A stretch of DNA of 46,161 nucleotides from Methyloceanibacter sp. (GCA_050247995.1 JBFWTF010000001.1:1-46161), one strand, 5' to 3'; positions 9,529 to 19,391 are shown, numbered from the stretch's first letter. Notes: generated by a model from the sequence alone, not told the origin. Translations and numbers: made by a program.

Positions 9529-10353
9529 TCAGTCCTCGCGGAGCGGCGTGTGGGCCATAAGCCCGCGGCCGACCATCACGCTCCAAGCCTCCTCCGCCGT
9601 GTCGACGATCTCGTACAGGGGCGGCGTCTCGGCATCGATCATCTCGAGTTCCGCGAGGGCTTCGAAATTGACCGTGGACCGCCAATAGTCGCGGGAGAAC
9701 AGGATCACGGGCATCAGCGCGGTTTTTCGCGTCTGCTTCAAGGTGAGGATCTCGAACAATTCGTCGAGCGTGCCGAAGCCGCCCGGGAACACCGCGAGCG
9801 CGTTGGCGCGCATGGCGAAATGCATCTTGCGGATGCCGAAATAGTGAAAGCGGAAGGTCAGCTCCGGCGTGGTGAACGGGTTCGGCTCCTGCTCCTCCGG
9901 CAACACGATATTGAAGCCGATGCTCGGCGCGCCGGCATCGGCCGCGCCGCGGTTCGCCGCCTCCATGATGCCGGGGCCGCCGCCGGTGACGATCACGTTC
10001 TGGCGCATGCCGCCGATCGCCAGCGCGCCGCCGCGCTCCGAGACGATCCGCCCGAAATTGCGCGCCTCCTGATACCAGGCGGAGAGACGCTTGCGCTGCT
10101 TGGCCAGATTCAGGGCAACGGCGTCGCGCGCCTCGGCCAAATCCGCGTCCGCCTGCTCGGGGGAGACGATGTGGTGGCTCCCGAAGACAACGACTGTCGA
10201 GGCGATGCCTTTCTCTTGCAGCGCGAGATCGATCTTGCTGAATTCGAGCGCCAGGCGCAGCGGGCGCATCGCATCGCTTTGGAGAAATTCGAGATCCTCG
10301 AAAGCGAGGCGATAGCTTCGCCCTCTGTCTTCAATTGGCTCTTTGTCGTCCAT
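9529..10353 (-). CDS. LOG family (TIGR00730-like) nucleotide phosphoribohydrolase
   Basis: VVFGS, TGGGPGIMEAANRGA, RKMHF and PGGFGTLDELFE motifs. Confidence 0.92.
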   Translation of the reverse strand: MDDKEPIEDRGRSYRLAFEDLEFLQSDAMRPLRLALEFSKIDLALQEKGIASTVVVFGSHHIVSPEQADADLAEARDAVALNLAKQRKRLSAWYQEARNFGRIVSERGGALAIGGMRQNVIVTGGGPGIMEAANRGAADAGAPSIGFNIVLPEEQEPNPFTTPELTFRFHYFGIRKMHFAMRANALAVFPGGFGTLDELFEILTLKQTRKTALMPVILFSRDYWRSTVNFEALAELEMIDAETPPLYEIVDTAEEAWSVMVGRGLMAHTPLRED

Positions 10354-10492
10354 GTCCTCGCCAAACAGCCAGCCCCGAAAGTCCGGGTCAATAGGGAATT
10401 ACCTTGGCGAAGGGCTGGGATCGGTGGGGAGAAGCGAGCGCCTGCCTCGCGCGAAACCATGGCATGGGTCCGGCGCGGGTCTTGACTGGTCG

Positions 10493-11476
10493 CTAAGCAA
10501 TGGCTCCCCGCACCAATTTGCTACCGACCGCCACGGCGGCGCCCTTCAACGCCGCGAACTCGGCGACGATGACATAGACGGGGATCGGCGCGAGATAGGC
10601 GCGCATGCGGCCCTTGTTCTCGAAGTTCTCGCGGAACGGTCCCGCCGAAAGTTTTGCCGCGATCTTGGGGGCGATGCCCCCGCCGATATAGACGCCGCCG
10701 CGAGCGCCGAGGACGAGCGCAATGTCTCCGGCGAAGCGCCCCAGCCACGCGCCGAACAACTGCACGACCTCTTCGGCGATGTCATCGCCTCCCTCGAGCG
10801 CGAGCCGCACCACATCGACGGTTTGCGGCACCGGCGCCTTGCGGCGCGCGGCGATCGCCCGATAGAGGGCGATCAATCCCGGACCCGAAATGGCGCGCTC
10901 CGCCGACGGGCGCGTCCCTGGCGCGGACAGTTGCGCGAGAAGAGCGAGCTCCGTTTCGTCGCTGGCGCCCAACGACATGTGCCCGCCTTCTCCCGGCACC
11001 GCGACCCAATGGTTTCCCGACCAGACGAGGGCGGCGACGCCAAGCCCCGTGCCAGGGCCGAGCACGGCCTTCGTTGCATGTTCGAGCGGCGCCGTCCCGC
11101 CGATCTGGACGAGATCGGCGGAGCCAAGCGTGGGAAGGGACAGCGCGAGCGCCTCGAAATCGTTGACGACGACCATGTGCTTGAACCCGAAAGCGCGGCG
11201 CAGCTCGTCCTTGACGAACCGCCAGTCCGAGTTGGTGAAGCTTATCTCTTCGCCCTTGACCGGCGCCGCGACGGCGAGGGCGGCGTGCTCCGGCGTATAT
11301 CCAAGTTCCGCCAGATAGGCGCTCAGAGCCGCCTGCAAGCTGGCGTGTTTGCTGCAAGCCGTCGAGCGGATATGCGAAAGTGAGAGCGTGCCGAGATCGG
11401 CCACAGCGAAGCGCGCGTTGGTTCCGCCGATATCGGCAACAAGAAGCCGTTCGGTTGGTCCCGTTGTGACTTGCAT
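10493..11476 (-). CDS. glk: Glucokinase
   Basis: ADIGGTNARFA, VVNDFEA, GPGTGLGVA, GEGGH, GGVYIGGGI. Confidence 0.95.
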   Translation of the reverse strand: MQVTTGPTERLLVADIGGTNARFAVADLGTLSLSHIRSTACSKHASLQAALSAYLAELGYTPEHAALAVAAPVKGEEISFTNSDWRFVKDELRRAFGFKHMVVVNDFEALALSLPTLGSADLVQIGGTAPLEHATKAVLGPGTGLGVAALVWSGNHWVAVPGEGGHMSLGASDETELALLAQLSAPGTRPSAERAISGPGLIALYRAIAARRKAPVPQTVDVVRLALEGGDDIAEEVVQLFGAWLGRFAGDIALVLGARGGVYIGGGIAPKIAAKLSAGPFRENFENKGRMRAYLAPIPVYVIVAEFAALKGAAVAVGSKLVRGAIA

Positions 11477-11815
11477 CGCTCCAGTTGGCTAGAGCCGGTT
11501 TCGGTCCTTTCATAAAGCGTTCGGCGCGCGGGTTCCACCCTTGCCCGGCCGCGCGAGGAGGCGAGGGCCCGCAATCGCGTCTTGTCGTCTTATATAGTGA
11601 GCCCGGCCCACGACGGTTCGGGCATGACGCGGGGATTTCAGCCGGAAAACGCCGCCTCTCGGCCGATCCGGGCCGGATCGGGCCGTCCGCGTAATGAAAT
11701 GTCATTTGACTGCGAGGCTGCCTTGCGACCAATTCGGCGCCCCGCGGGAGGTTCGCAAAGCACACGGATCATTTGAGCCGCCCGCCAAATACGGTCGCTA
11801 ATTGCGGAGGATTAT

Positions 11816-12088
11816 ATGAGGAAGGTATTTGTTGCATTGCTGTTGGCGGGCGCGTGCGCTTTCAATCCGCTTTCCGTCCGGGCGGAAACCGGCCTTGACG
11901 ATTGCCATATCGTCAGAGGCACGGCCGATGCGCGCAACCGGGCGCTTTCGGTCGAACGCGCCGAGCGCCGCCTCCATCACCATATTGCCCATGAAATGAG
12001 AAGCCAGGGCGGAAAGTCGATCGGCCCGACCCATACGCATTGCATCCGCAATGCCTGCGAGGCGACGGCGATCGTCTGCCGTCACTAG
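11816..12088 (+). CDS. Small secreted hypothetical protein, Cys/His-containing
   Basis: Strong GGAGG RBS, signal-peptide-like N-terminus (MRKVFVALLLAG...VRA), four Cys in the mature part. Confidence 0.65.
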   Translation: MRKVFVALLLAGACAFNPLSVRAETGLDDCHIVRGTADARNRALSVERAERRLHHHIAHEMRSQGGKSIGPTHTHCIRNACEATAIVCRH

Positions 12089-12155
12089 AATTCGGCGCTG
12101 CGTCGATTCCCGGTCGGCGCGGCGCTTCCACGATATTTTTCGGCGCTCTTCTTCC

Positions 12156-12923
12156 TCACACCGCGGTGAAGCAATTATCGACGAAGAGATGCGCGCCGTT
12201 GATGAAGCTCGCTTCGTCGCTGGCGAGGAACAGCGCCGCGCGCGCCACTTCCTCCGGCTCGCAGATGCGCCCCTGCTGCACGGCGAGGGCGGCGTCCGAC
12301 ATGTCCACGCCGAGCTTGTTCAGCGCATCGACCTCGCGAAGCCCGTGCGGCGTGCGCACGAAACCCGGGCAGACGGCGTTGCAGCGGATGTTGTGGTCGC
12401 GATATTCGACCGCGATCGAGCGCGCGAACATGTGGCAGGCGCCTTTCGAGGTGTTGTAGACGACTTCGCGCGGCGTGGCCGCGATGGCCGAGATCGAGGA
12501 GGTGCAGACGATGGCGCCGCCGCCGGCCGCGATCATTCCCGGCAGCACGGCTTTGGTCATCAGGAACATGCTCGTGACATTGACAGCCATCAGCCATTCC
12601 CATTCGGCGAGCGTGGTTTCGAGGAAGGGCTTGATGAGGATCGAGCCCGCGTGATTGAAAAGCACGTTGGGCGCGCCGAGCGCGGCGGTGACGGCGGCGG
12701 CGGCCGCGTTCACCTGATCTTCCTTGGCGACGTCCGCGTGTGCGAACATGGCCGTGCCGCCGGCGCGCTCGATCTCGGCGACCACGGCGCGGCCCTCCTC
12801 TTCGTTCCGGTCGACGACGCCGACCTTGGCGCCTTCCGCCGCGAACAGCCGCGACGAGGCGCCGCCCATGCCGGTCGCGCCGCCCGAGATCAATGCGATT
12901 TTTCCTGCCAATCTGCCCGACAT
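12156..12923 (-). CDS. Short-chain dehydrogenase/reductase
   Basis: SGGATGMG, NHAG, YNTSK catalytic motif, CPGFVRT. Confidence 0.92.
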   Translation of the reverse strand: MSGRLAGKIALISGGATGMGGASSRLFAAEGAKVGVVDRNEEEGRAVVAEIERAGGTAMFAHADVAKEDQVNAAAAAVTAALGAPNVLFNHAGSILIKPFLETTLAEWEWLMAVNVTSMFLMTKAVLPGMIAAGGGAIVCTSSISAIAATPREVVYNTSKGACHMFARSIAVEYRDHNIRCNAVCPGFVRTPHGLREVDALNKLGVDMSDAALAVQQGRICEPEEVARAALFLASDEASFINGAHLFVDNCFTAV

Positions 12924-13049
12924 GGTGTCTTCATCCTTCTTCTCAGGGACCGCCTGCTATTCTAGAACGGCGTGGGTTGCGGCCGGAAGTGGCGCGCGGG
13001 GGAGGGAAGCGGCCTTGCGTCTTCGAGCGCGGTCAGACGGGGTGGCCCG

Positions 13050-14981
13050 ATGAGCCGGTATCGTGACATCTACCAGAGCTGGAATGCCGACCCGGAGGCC
13101 TTCTGGGCCGAGGCTGCATCCGCGGTCGATTGGTTCAAGCCTTGCGATAAGGTGTTCGACGGGAACGCCGGGCAATACGGGCGCTGGTTTCCCGGTGCCC
13201 GGTGCAACACGGCGTATAATTGCCTCGACCGCCACGTTGAGCAGGGCAGGGGCGCGGCGCCCGCGCTCATCTACGATAGCCCGGTCACCGGCACCAAGCG
13301 GACCTTCACCTTTTCCGAGCTTCGCGACGAGGTCGCTTCCTTCGCCGCCGTGCTTGCCGGGCTTGGCGTCGCGAAGGGCGACCGCGTCGTCATCTATATG
13401 CCGATGGTGCCCGAGGCCGTGATCGCCATGCTGGCGACGGCGCGGCTCGGCGCGATCCATTCGGTCGTGTTCGGCGGCTTCGCCAGCAACGAGCTTGCCA
13501 AGCGCCTCGACGACGCCAAGCCAAAGGTGGTGGTGTCGGCCTCGTGCGGCATCGAGCCGTCCCGCGTCGTCGCCTACAAGCCGCTTCTCGACAAGGCCAT
13601 CGACCTCGCGTCGCACAAGCCCGAGAGCTGCATCATCCTCCAGCGCCCGATGGCGATCGCCGAGTTGAAGGAAGGCCGCGACCACGATTGGGGCTTGCTT
13701 CTGGCCGACGCCAGGTCGCGCGGGCTCGCGGCGGATTGCGTGCCTGTCGCCGCGACCGACCCGCTCTATATCCTCTACACCTCCGGCAGCACCGGCGCGC
13801 CGAAGGGCGTCGTGCGCGACAATGGCGGCCACATGGTGGCCCTCATCTGGACGATGAAGAACCTTTACGGGATGAAGCCCGGCGAGGTGTTCTGGTCCGC
13901 ATCCGACATCGGCTGGGTGGTTGGGCACTCATATATTGTCTATGGCCCGCTTCTCGCCGGCAACGCCACCGTTCTCTATGAGGGCAAGCCGGTGGGCACG
14001 CCTGACGCCGGCGCGTTCTGGCGCGTCGCAAGCGAGCACAAGGTCGCGGTCCTCTTCACCGCGCCGACCGCGCTCCGCGCCATCAAGAAGGAGGATCCGC
14101 AAGGCGCGTTGATCCGCAAATACGACCTGTCCAACCTGCGCGCGCTGTTCCTCGCCGGCGAGCGCGCCGATCCCAACACCGTGCTCTGGGCCGAGCAGCA
14201 CCTGAACATGCCCGTGATCGACCATTGGTGGCAGACCGAGACAGGCTGGGCCATCGCCGGCAATCCGCTTGGGCTAGAGCGTCTCCCCGTCAAGCGCGGC
14301 TCGCCCACTCTGCCGATGCCGGGTTACGACGTGCGCGTTCTCGACGACGCCGGCCATCCGGTGGCCGATGGGCAGCTCGGCAATATCGCCATCAAGCTGC
14401 CGCTCCCGCCCGGCTGCTTTCCGACGCTGTGGAACGCCGATGCCCGCTTCGGTCCGAGCTATCTCGACGAGTTCCCCGGTTACTACAAGACCGCCGATGC
14501 CGGCTACCGCGACGCCGACGGCTATCTCTTCATCATGGGCCGCACCGACGACATCATCAATGTCGCCGGGCACCGGCTCTCGACCGGGGCGATGGAGGAG
14601 GTGCTGGCATCGCACCAGGATGTGGCCGAGTGCGCCGTGATCGGCGCCGCCGATGCGCTCAAAGGCGAAGTGCCGATCGGCTTCCTCGTGCTGAAAGCGG
14701 GCGTCGATCGCGACGGCGCCGCGATCGAGAAAGAAGTGGTCGCGCTTGTCCGCGAAAAGATCGGCCCCGTCGCCGCGTTCAAGACGGCCCTGGTCGTGCC
14801 GCGACTGCCCAAGACCCGCTCGGGCAAGATCCTGCGCGGCACCATGAAGAAGATCGCCGACGGCGCAAGCTTCGCCATGCCCGCCACCATCGACGATCCC
14901 GCCATTCTCGATGAAATCGGCGCGGCGCTTGGCGCGCGTAAGGGCGCGCCGTCTCCGGTAGAGGGTAGGGGGGAATCATGA
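13050..14981 (+). CDS. prpE: Propionyl-CoA synthetase (acetate/propionate-CoA ligase)
   Basis: YTSGSTGAPKG, DHWWQTETGW, GRTDDIINVAGHRLS and PKTRSGKILR motifs. Start taken at MSRY (13050). Confidence 0.88.
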   Translation: MSRYRDIYQSWNADPEAFWAEAASAVDWFKPCDKVFDGNAGQYGRWFPGARCNTAYNCLDRHVEQGRGAAPALIYDSPVTGTKRTFTFSELRDEVASFAAVLAGLGVAKGDRVVIYMPMVPEAVIAMLATARLGAIHSVVFGGFASNELAKRLDDAKPKVVVSASCGIEPSRVVAYKPLLDKAIDLASHKPESCIILQRPMAIAELKEGRDHDWGLLLADARSRGLAADCVPVAATDPLYILYTSGSTGAPKGVVRDNGGHMVALIWTMKNLYGMKPGEVFWSASDIGWVVGHSYIVYGPLLAGNATVLYEGKPVGTPDAGAFWRVASEHKVAVLFTAPTALRAIKKEDPQGALIRKYDLSNLRALFLAGERADPNTVLWAEQHLNMPVIDHWWQTETGWAIAGNPLGLERLPVKRGSPTLPMPGYDVRVLDDAGHPVADGQLGNIAIKLPLPPGCFPTLWNADARFGPSYLDEFPGYYKTADAGYRDADGYLFIMGRTDDIINVAGHRLSTGAMEEVLASHQDVAECAVIGAADALKGEVPIGFLVLKAGVDRDGAAIEKEVVALVREKIGPVAAFKTALVVPRLPKTRSGKILRGTMKKIADGASFAMPATIDDPAILDEIGAALGARKGAPSPVEGRGES

Positions 14982-15074
14982 CCCCCCTCTTACTCCCCCC
15001 TTTCAGGGGGGAGAAAATTGGCGTGGGCTTTCATTCTCCCTCTCCCTGCAAGGGGGAGGGTCGGGGTGGGGGTC
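14980..15074. repeat. CIR/RIME-like palindromic intergenic element
   Basis: Terminal gaccccc...gggggtc enclosing two hairpins (ctcccccc-tttca-ggggggag and ccctctccct-gca-agggggaggg), between convergent genes. Confidence 0.7.
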
Positions 15075-15101
15075 GGACTGAGTTCAATCCAACCGAATTC
15101 T

Positions 15102-16439
15102 CTAAGCGAGAGCCGCAAGCGAATCAGACAGCGCCTTGACGAGAATGTCGGCATGCTCGCGGCCGAAGGTGAGCGGCGGGCGGATCTTGATGATATTCCC
15201 GTAGGGCCCGGCGATGCCGACCAGGACGTTGCGGTCGCGCATCATGTCCACGATGCGTGTCGCGGCCTCGCGGTCCGGCGCCTTCGACCTGCGGCTCCGC
15301 ACCAGTTCGACCCCGAGATAGAGCCCCGCTCCCCGCACGTCGCCGACGCGGGCGAAGCGCTGGGCGACGGAACCGAGCGCGTCGAGGAGATAGGCGCCGG
15401 TCACGCGCGCGTTCTCTTGCAGCTTCTCGGCCTCGATCGTCTCCATCACGGCGAGTCCTGCGGCCGCCGCGACCGGATTGCCGCCGTAAGTATTGAAATA
15501 GCCGGTGGTGGCGCCGAAGGTGGCGAGAAGCTCCGGCTTCACCGCGACCCCGCCGATGGGATAGCCGTTGCCCATCGGCTTGCCCATCGCCACCAGATCG
15601 GGGACGAGGCCGTGGCGCGCGAACCCCCACATCGCCTCGCCCGTGCGGGCGAAGCCGGGCTGCACCTCGTCGGCGATGAACACGCCGCCCGCTTTGCGCA
15701 CTTGCGCGATCGCCTCGGCCATGAAACCCGGCTCGCCCGGATAGATGCCGTCGCTCGAGAAGATGCTGTCGGCGACGAGCGCGGCGAGGCGGATCTTCTT
15801 CCGCTTCATCGCCGCGATCGCCTTCTTCACGTTGGCGGCAAAAAGCGCTCCCGCCTCTTTGGCCGAGTTCCTATAGGTATCGGGCGCCGGAACGAGAAAG
15901 ACGTTGGGGCCCTTCTTCTCCGTGCTGGCAGAGGAGGGGGAGATTTCGGTCACGGCGAGCGTGTTGCCGTGATAGGCGTTCGCGGTCGCGATCAGGCCCG
16001 TGCCGCCGGTGACCGCGCGGGCGATGCGAAGCGACAGATCGACGCTCTCGCTCCCCGTGCAGGTGAACACGATATTGGAGACTTCGCGCGGGAAGGTGGC
16101 GAGCAGCCGCTCGGCGTAAGTGTAGACGATCTCGCTGAGGTAGCGGGTATGCGTGGCGAGTTTGCCCATTTGCTGCGACACCGCGGCGACGACACGCGGA
16201 TGGCAATGGCCGACCGAGGCGACATTGTTGTAGGCGTCGAGGTAGCGCGTGCCATCGGCGCCGATGAGCCAGACATCCTCGCCGCGGACGAGATTGAGGG
16301 GCCGCGCGTAGAACAGCATCGAGGCCGGACCGAACGCACGCTTGCGGCGGGCGATGAGCGCGGCGGTGGCGGGGTCGAGGCCCTCGGTGGCGCCCATGTC
16401 GAACGCGTTGAGTTCGAGAATCTTTCGTTTTGCTGTCAT
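15102..16439 (-). CDS. Class-III PLP enzyme, AGXT2L/ETNPPL-like amino-alcohol O-phosphate phospho-lyase
   Basis: YNNV, THTRYL, DEVQPGFAR, GKPMGNG (PLP Lys), FNTYGGNP and KIRPPL; these features are typical of the phospho-lyase subgroup. Confidence 0.75.
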   Translation of the reverse strand: MTAKRKILELNAFDMGATEGLDPATAALIARRKRAFGPASMLFYARPLNLVRGEDVWLIGADGTRYLDAYNNVASVGHCHPRVVAAVSQQMGKLATHTRYLSEIVYTYAERLLATFPREVSNIVFTCTGSESVDLSLRIARAVTGGTGLIATANAYHGNTLAVTEISPSSASTEKKGPNVFLVPAPDTYRNSAKEAGALFAANVKKAIAAMKRKKIRLAALVADSIFSSDGIYPGEPGFMAEAIAQVRKAGGVFIADEVQPGFARTGEAMWGFARHGLVPDLVAMGKPMGNGYPIGGVAVKPELLATFGATTGYFNTYGGNPVAAAAGLAVMETIEAEKLQENARVTGAYLLDALGSVAQRFARVGDVRGAGLYLGVELVRSRRSKAPDREAATRIVDMMRDRNVLVGIAGPYGNIIKIRPPLTFGREHADILVKALSDSLAALA

Positions 16440-16487
16440 GGCATCCGGTTGGGTCCGTGGCGGTGTGCCAGGGTTTCCGCCCGCCTT

Positions 16488-16520
16488 AGCCTAGAGCAGT
16501 CCGCCGCTACCGTCTTGACC
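16488..16520 (-). promoter_or_regulatory. GGTCAAG site plus -10-like TAGGCT for the phospho-lyase gene
   Basis: On the minus strand, GTCAA starts 26 nt before TAGGCT, the same geometry as three other promoters of this cluster. Confidence 0.5.
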
Positions 16521-16571
16521 CCCGACACGGGGCCTGTTCAATTTTTCGAGCCGCCGCAACGGCGCGCCCTC

Positions 16572-16626
16572 GGGCAAGTTGCGCCGCCTTCCTGTCAAAT
16601 GCCCTTCGGTGCCTCGATCCTATCCT
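16572..16626 (+). promoter_or_regulatory. Tandem GGCAAG/GTCAAA sites (21-bp period) plus -10-like TATCCT for the dehydratase operon
   Basis: gggcaagtt...cctgtcaaatgc, then TATCCT 27 nt after GTCAA; near-identical layout at 20095. Confidence 0.6.
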
Positions 16627-16669
16627 CTATATTCGGGTCTTGGGTAACGTCCGAAAGCCGAGAGCCACC

Positions 16670-18958
16670 ATGGCCGGAGAGCCGGGCAGCTTCGCCAATC
16701 GCTGGAAGCGCTTCTCCGACTGGGACGAGCGCCCCTTGCGGCTAGACAAATTCGCGGTCGAAGACGCCGAGAACGGCTTTGCCTCCTTCACGAGCCCTCA
16801 CGATCCCAAGCCCGGGGTGAGCTTGGCCACGACCGGGGCCGCGGTCGAGGTGATGGACGGCACCGCCGCCCCCGACTTCGACATGATCGACGCTTTCATC
16901 GCCCGCTATCACATCGATCCGGAAGTGGCGCCGGAAGCGATGGCGATGCCCTCGCACGAGATCGCGCGCATGCTGGTCGATATGAACGTGCCGCGGAGCG
17001 AGCTGGTCAGGCTTGCGCGGGGGATGACGCCGGCCAAGCTCGCCGAGGTCGTGGCCGAATTGTCGTCGCTCGAAATCGCCTTCGCCTACAGCAAGATGCG
17101 CGCGCGCAAGACGCCCGGCAACCAGGCGCATGTCACCAACGCCAAGGACGACCCCTTGCAGATGGCGGCCGACGCCGCGACCGCCGTCGCGTTCGGCTTC
17201 GACGAGGTCGAGACGACGATGCGGGTCGCGCGCAATGCCTGGTCGAATGCCATCGCCTGCGCCGTCGGGGCCTCGGTCGGACGCTGGGGCACGCTGTTCC
17301 AGTGCTCGAGCGAGGAGGCCGAGGAGCTGAGGATCGGCATGGCCGGCTTCACCTCCTATGCCGAGACCGTCTCGGTCTACGGCACCGAGAAGAGCTTCAT
17401 CGACGGCGACGACACGCCGTGGTCCAAGGCCTTTCTCGCCGCGGCTTACGCCTCGCGCGGCATCAAGATGCGCTGCACTTCGGGCGCGGGCTCCGAATTG
17501 CTGATGGGATTCCACGAGAAGAAGTCGCTGCTCTATCTCGAAGCGCGCTGCCTCTGCCTCCAGCGCGCCATGGGCGTACAGGGCACGCAGAACGGCGGCA
17601 TCGACGGGGCGCCCATCACCTGCACCGTTCCGGGGGGCATGCGCGAGCTCATGGCCGAGAATCTCATCGCCGTCTGGCTCGACCTCGAATGCGCCTCCGG
17701 TAACGATGCGCGCCCGACCGAATCCGAAATTCGCGTCGGCGCCAAGATCATGCCCTACCTCATCGCCGGCTCCGACCTCATCTGCTCGGGCTTTGGCTCG
17801 ATCCTGAAATACGACAACTCCTTCAACCCGTCGCTGCTCAACGGCGAGGAACTCGAGGACTATCTCGTGCTCCAGCGCGATTTCGAGGCCGATGGCGGCC
17901 TCACTCCCGTCGAGGAGACGAGGGTGCTGCGCTTGAGGACGCGCGCGGTGGAAGCGATCAGCGCCGTGCTCGAGGAACTCGGTCTCGGCCGGCCGACCGA
18001 AGACATGAAGACGAGCGTCATATCCGCCTCCGGCTCCGACGAGACGCGAAGCTATCTCCCCCGCGACGTGGCTCTCATCAGCGAGAGCATCAAGGAGCAC
18101 GCGGTCACGGTCATCGACGTTATCAAGGCGCTGGCAAAGCGCGGCTTCGAGGAGGAGGCGGAAAACCTCCTGAAGCTCGTGCGCTTGCGGGTCTCGGGCG
18201 ATTATCTCCAGACCTCGGCGGTCGTGCGCGACGGTCGCGTCTTAAGCGCGATCAACGATCCCAACGACTATTTGGGCCCGGGCACCGGCTACCGCGTGAG
18301 CAAGGCGCGCCGCGACGAGATCGCGGCGATCCGCGATGTGCTTACCCGCGAGGAAGTGCTGCGGGCCGAGTCCGTGCACAAGGGCGCCGAGAGCAAGCGC
18401 ATAAGCTACCGGACGATGGGTCCCGCCGCCGTGGGCACGGACGCCGAAGAGGTCGTCATCGGGATCAGCCCCGCCTTCGGCGTCAAGCTGTTCCAGACCG
18501 TCGCCGGGCATCCGCTGTCGTCGATCTTGCGCGAGCTGATCGCCGGCATCGCCGAAGGCGGAGCGCGTGCGCGCGTCGTGCGCATGAAGCATACGGCCGA
18601 CACGTCGTTCCTCGGCCTCAGCGCCGCCCGGCTCGCAGGGAGCGGCGTCGGCATCGGCATCCAGGCCAAGGGCACCGCGATCATTCACCAGAAAGACCGG
18701 CTGCCGCACAACAATCTCGAGCTCTTTTCCAATTCGCCGATCACCCGGCTCGAGCATTACCGCCGCATGGGTGCGAACGCCGCCGCCTATGCGCGCGGCG
18801 AATTGCCGGAGCCGGTCGTCGTGCCGATGCGGGGCGAGGCGATGGGCTCGCGCTACCATGCGCGCGTGTCTCTGATCTATGCCATCGAGACGGAAATGAC
18901 CGCCGAGGGCGCCGCGCCCGAGGAGGTTTCGGTCGCCTTCGCCGGGGAGGGCGCATGA
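16670..18958 (+). CDS. pduC: Adenosylcobalamin-dependent diol/glycerol dehydratase-like enzyme, fused large (alpha) + medium (beta) subunits
   Basis: NQAHVTN, ETT, YAETVSVYGTE, QNG and LDLECASGND motifs of the large subunit. From about 18400, medium-subunit motifs EEVVIGISPAFG, GSGVGIGIQAKGT and NLELFS. Confidence 0.9.
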   Translation: MAGEPGSFANRWKRFSDWDERPLRLDKFAVEDAENGFASFTSPHDPKPGVSLATTGAAVEVMDGTAAPDFDMIDAFIARYHIDPEVAPEAMAMPSHEIARMLVDMNVPRSELVRLARGMTPAKLAEVVAELSSLEIAFAYSKMRARKTPGNQAHVTNAKDDPLQMAADAATAVAFGFDEVETTMRVARNAWSNAIACAVGASVGRWGTLFQCSSEEAEELRIGMAGFTSYAETVSVYGTEKSFIDGDDTPWSKAFLAAAYASRGIKMRCTSGAGSELLMGFHEKKSLLYLEARCLCLQRAMGVQGTQNGGIDGAPITCTVPGGMRELMAENLIAVWLDLECASGNDARPTESEIRVGAKIMPYLIAGSDLICSGFGSILKYDNSFNPSLLNGEELEDYLVLQRDFEADGGLTPVEETRVLRLRTRAVEAISAVLEELGLGRPTEDMKTSVISASGSDETRSYLPRDVALISESIKEHAVTVIDVIKALAKRGFEEEAENLLKLVRLRVSGDYLQTSAVVRDGRVLSAINDPNDYLGPGTGYRVSKARRDEIAAIRDVLTREEVLRAESVHKGAESKRISYRTMGPAAVGTDAEEVVIGISPAFGVKLFQTVAGHPLSSILRELIAGIAEGGARARVVRMKHTADTSFLGLSAARLAGSGVGIGIQAKGTAIIHQKDRLPHNNLELFSNSPITRLEHYRRMGANAAAYARGELPEPVVVPMRGEAMGSRYHARVSLIYAIETEMTAEGAAPEEVSVAFAGEGA

Positions 18959-19383
18959 GCGAGGAAAAGCTCACCATTGGCGACTATCCCTTGGCGGAGA
19001 AGCGCCCCGACATCGTGCGCGGCAAGCGCGGCAAGGGTCTCGATGAGCTCACGCTCGAGGCCGTGCTCGAGGACCGCGTCGCGCTCGAGGACTTGCGCAT
19101 CACGGGAAGAGCGTTGCGCCAGCAGGCTGAGATCGCCCGCGCCGCCGGGCGGGAGACGCTTGCCGAGAACTTCGAACGCGCGGCCGAGCTCGTCGAAGTC
19201 CCGCAAGACACGATCATGCGAATCTATGAGTTGCTGCGTCCCGGCCGGGCGGAACGGCAAAGCGAACTTCTCGCCGCAGCCAAGGAATTGCGGGAGCAAT
19301 ACGGGGCAAACGGCATGGCCGCATTCGTGGAAGAAGCCGCCGCCATCTACGAGCGCCGCGGCCTGTTCAAGAAAAGGTTCTGA
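18955..19383 (+). CDS. pduE: Diol dehydratase small (gamma) subunit
   Basis: DYPLAEKRP, DLRIT, LAENFERAAEL, IYELLRP, FVEEAAAIYERR; ATGA overlap with the upstream gene. Confidence 0.92.
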   Translation: MSEEKLTIGDYPLAEKRPDIVRGKRGKGLDELTLEAVLEDRVALEDLRITGRALRQQAEIARAAGRETLAENFERAAELVEVPQDTIMRIYELLRPGRAERQSELLAAAKELREQYGANGMAAFVEEAAAIYERRGLFKKRF

Positions 19384-19391
19384 GCGCGGCC

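Noticed and set aside
16440-16669. Cobalamin riboswitch upstream of the B12 enzyme
   Set aside because: No B12-box-like conserved elements are visible by eye; the spacer is explained by two divergent promoters.
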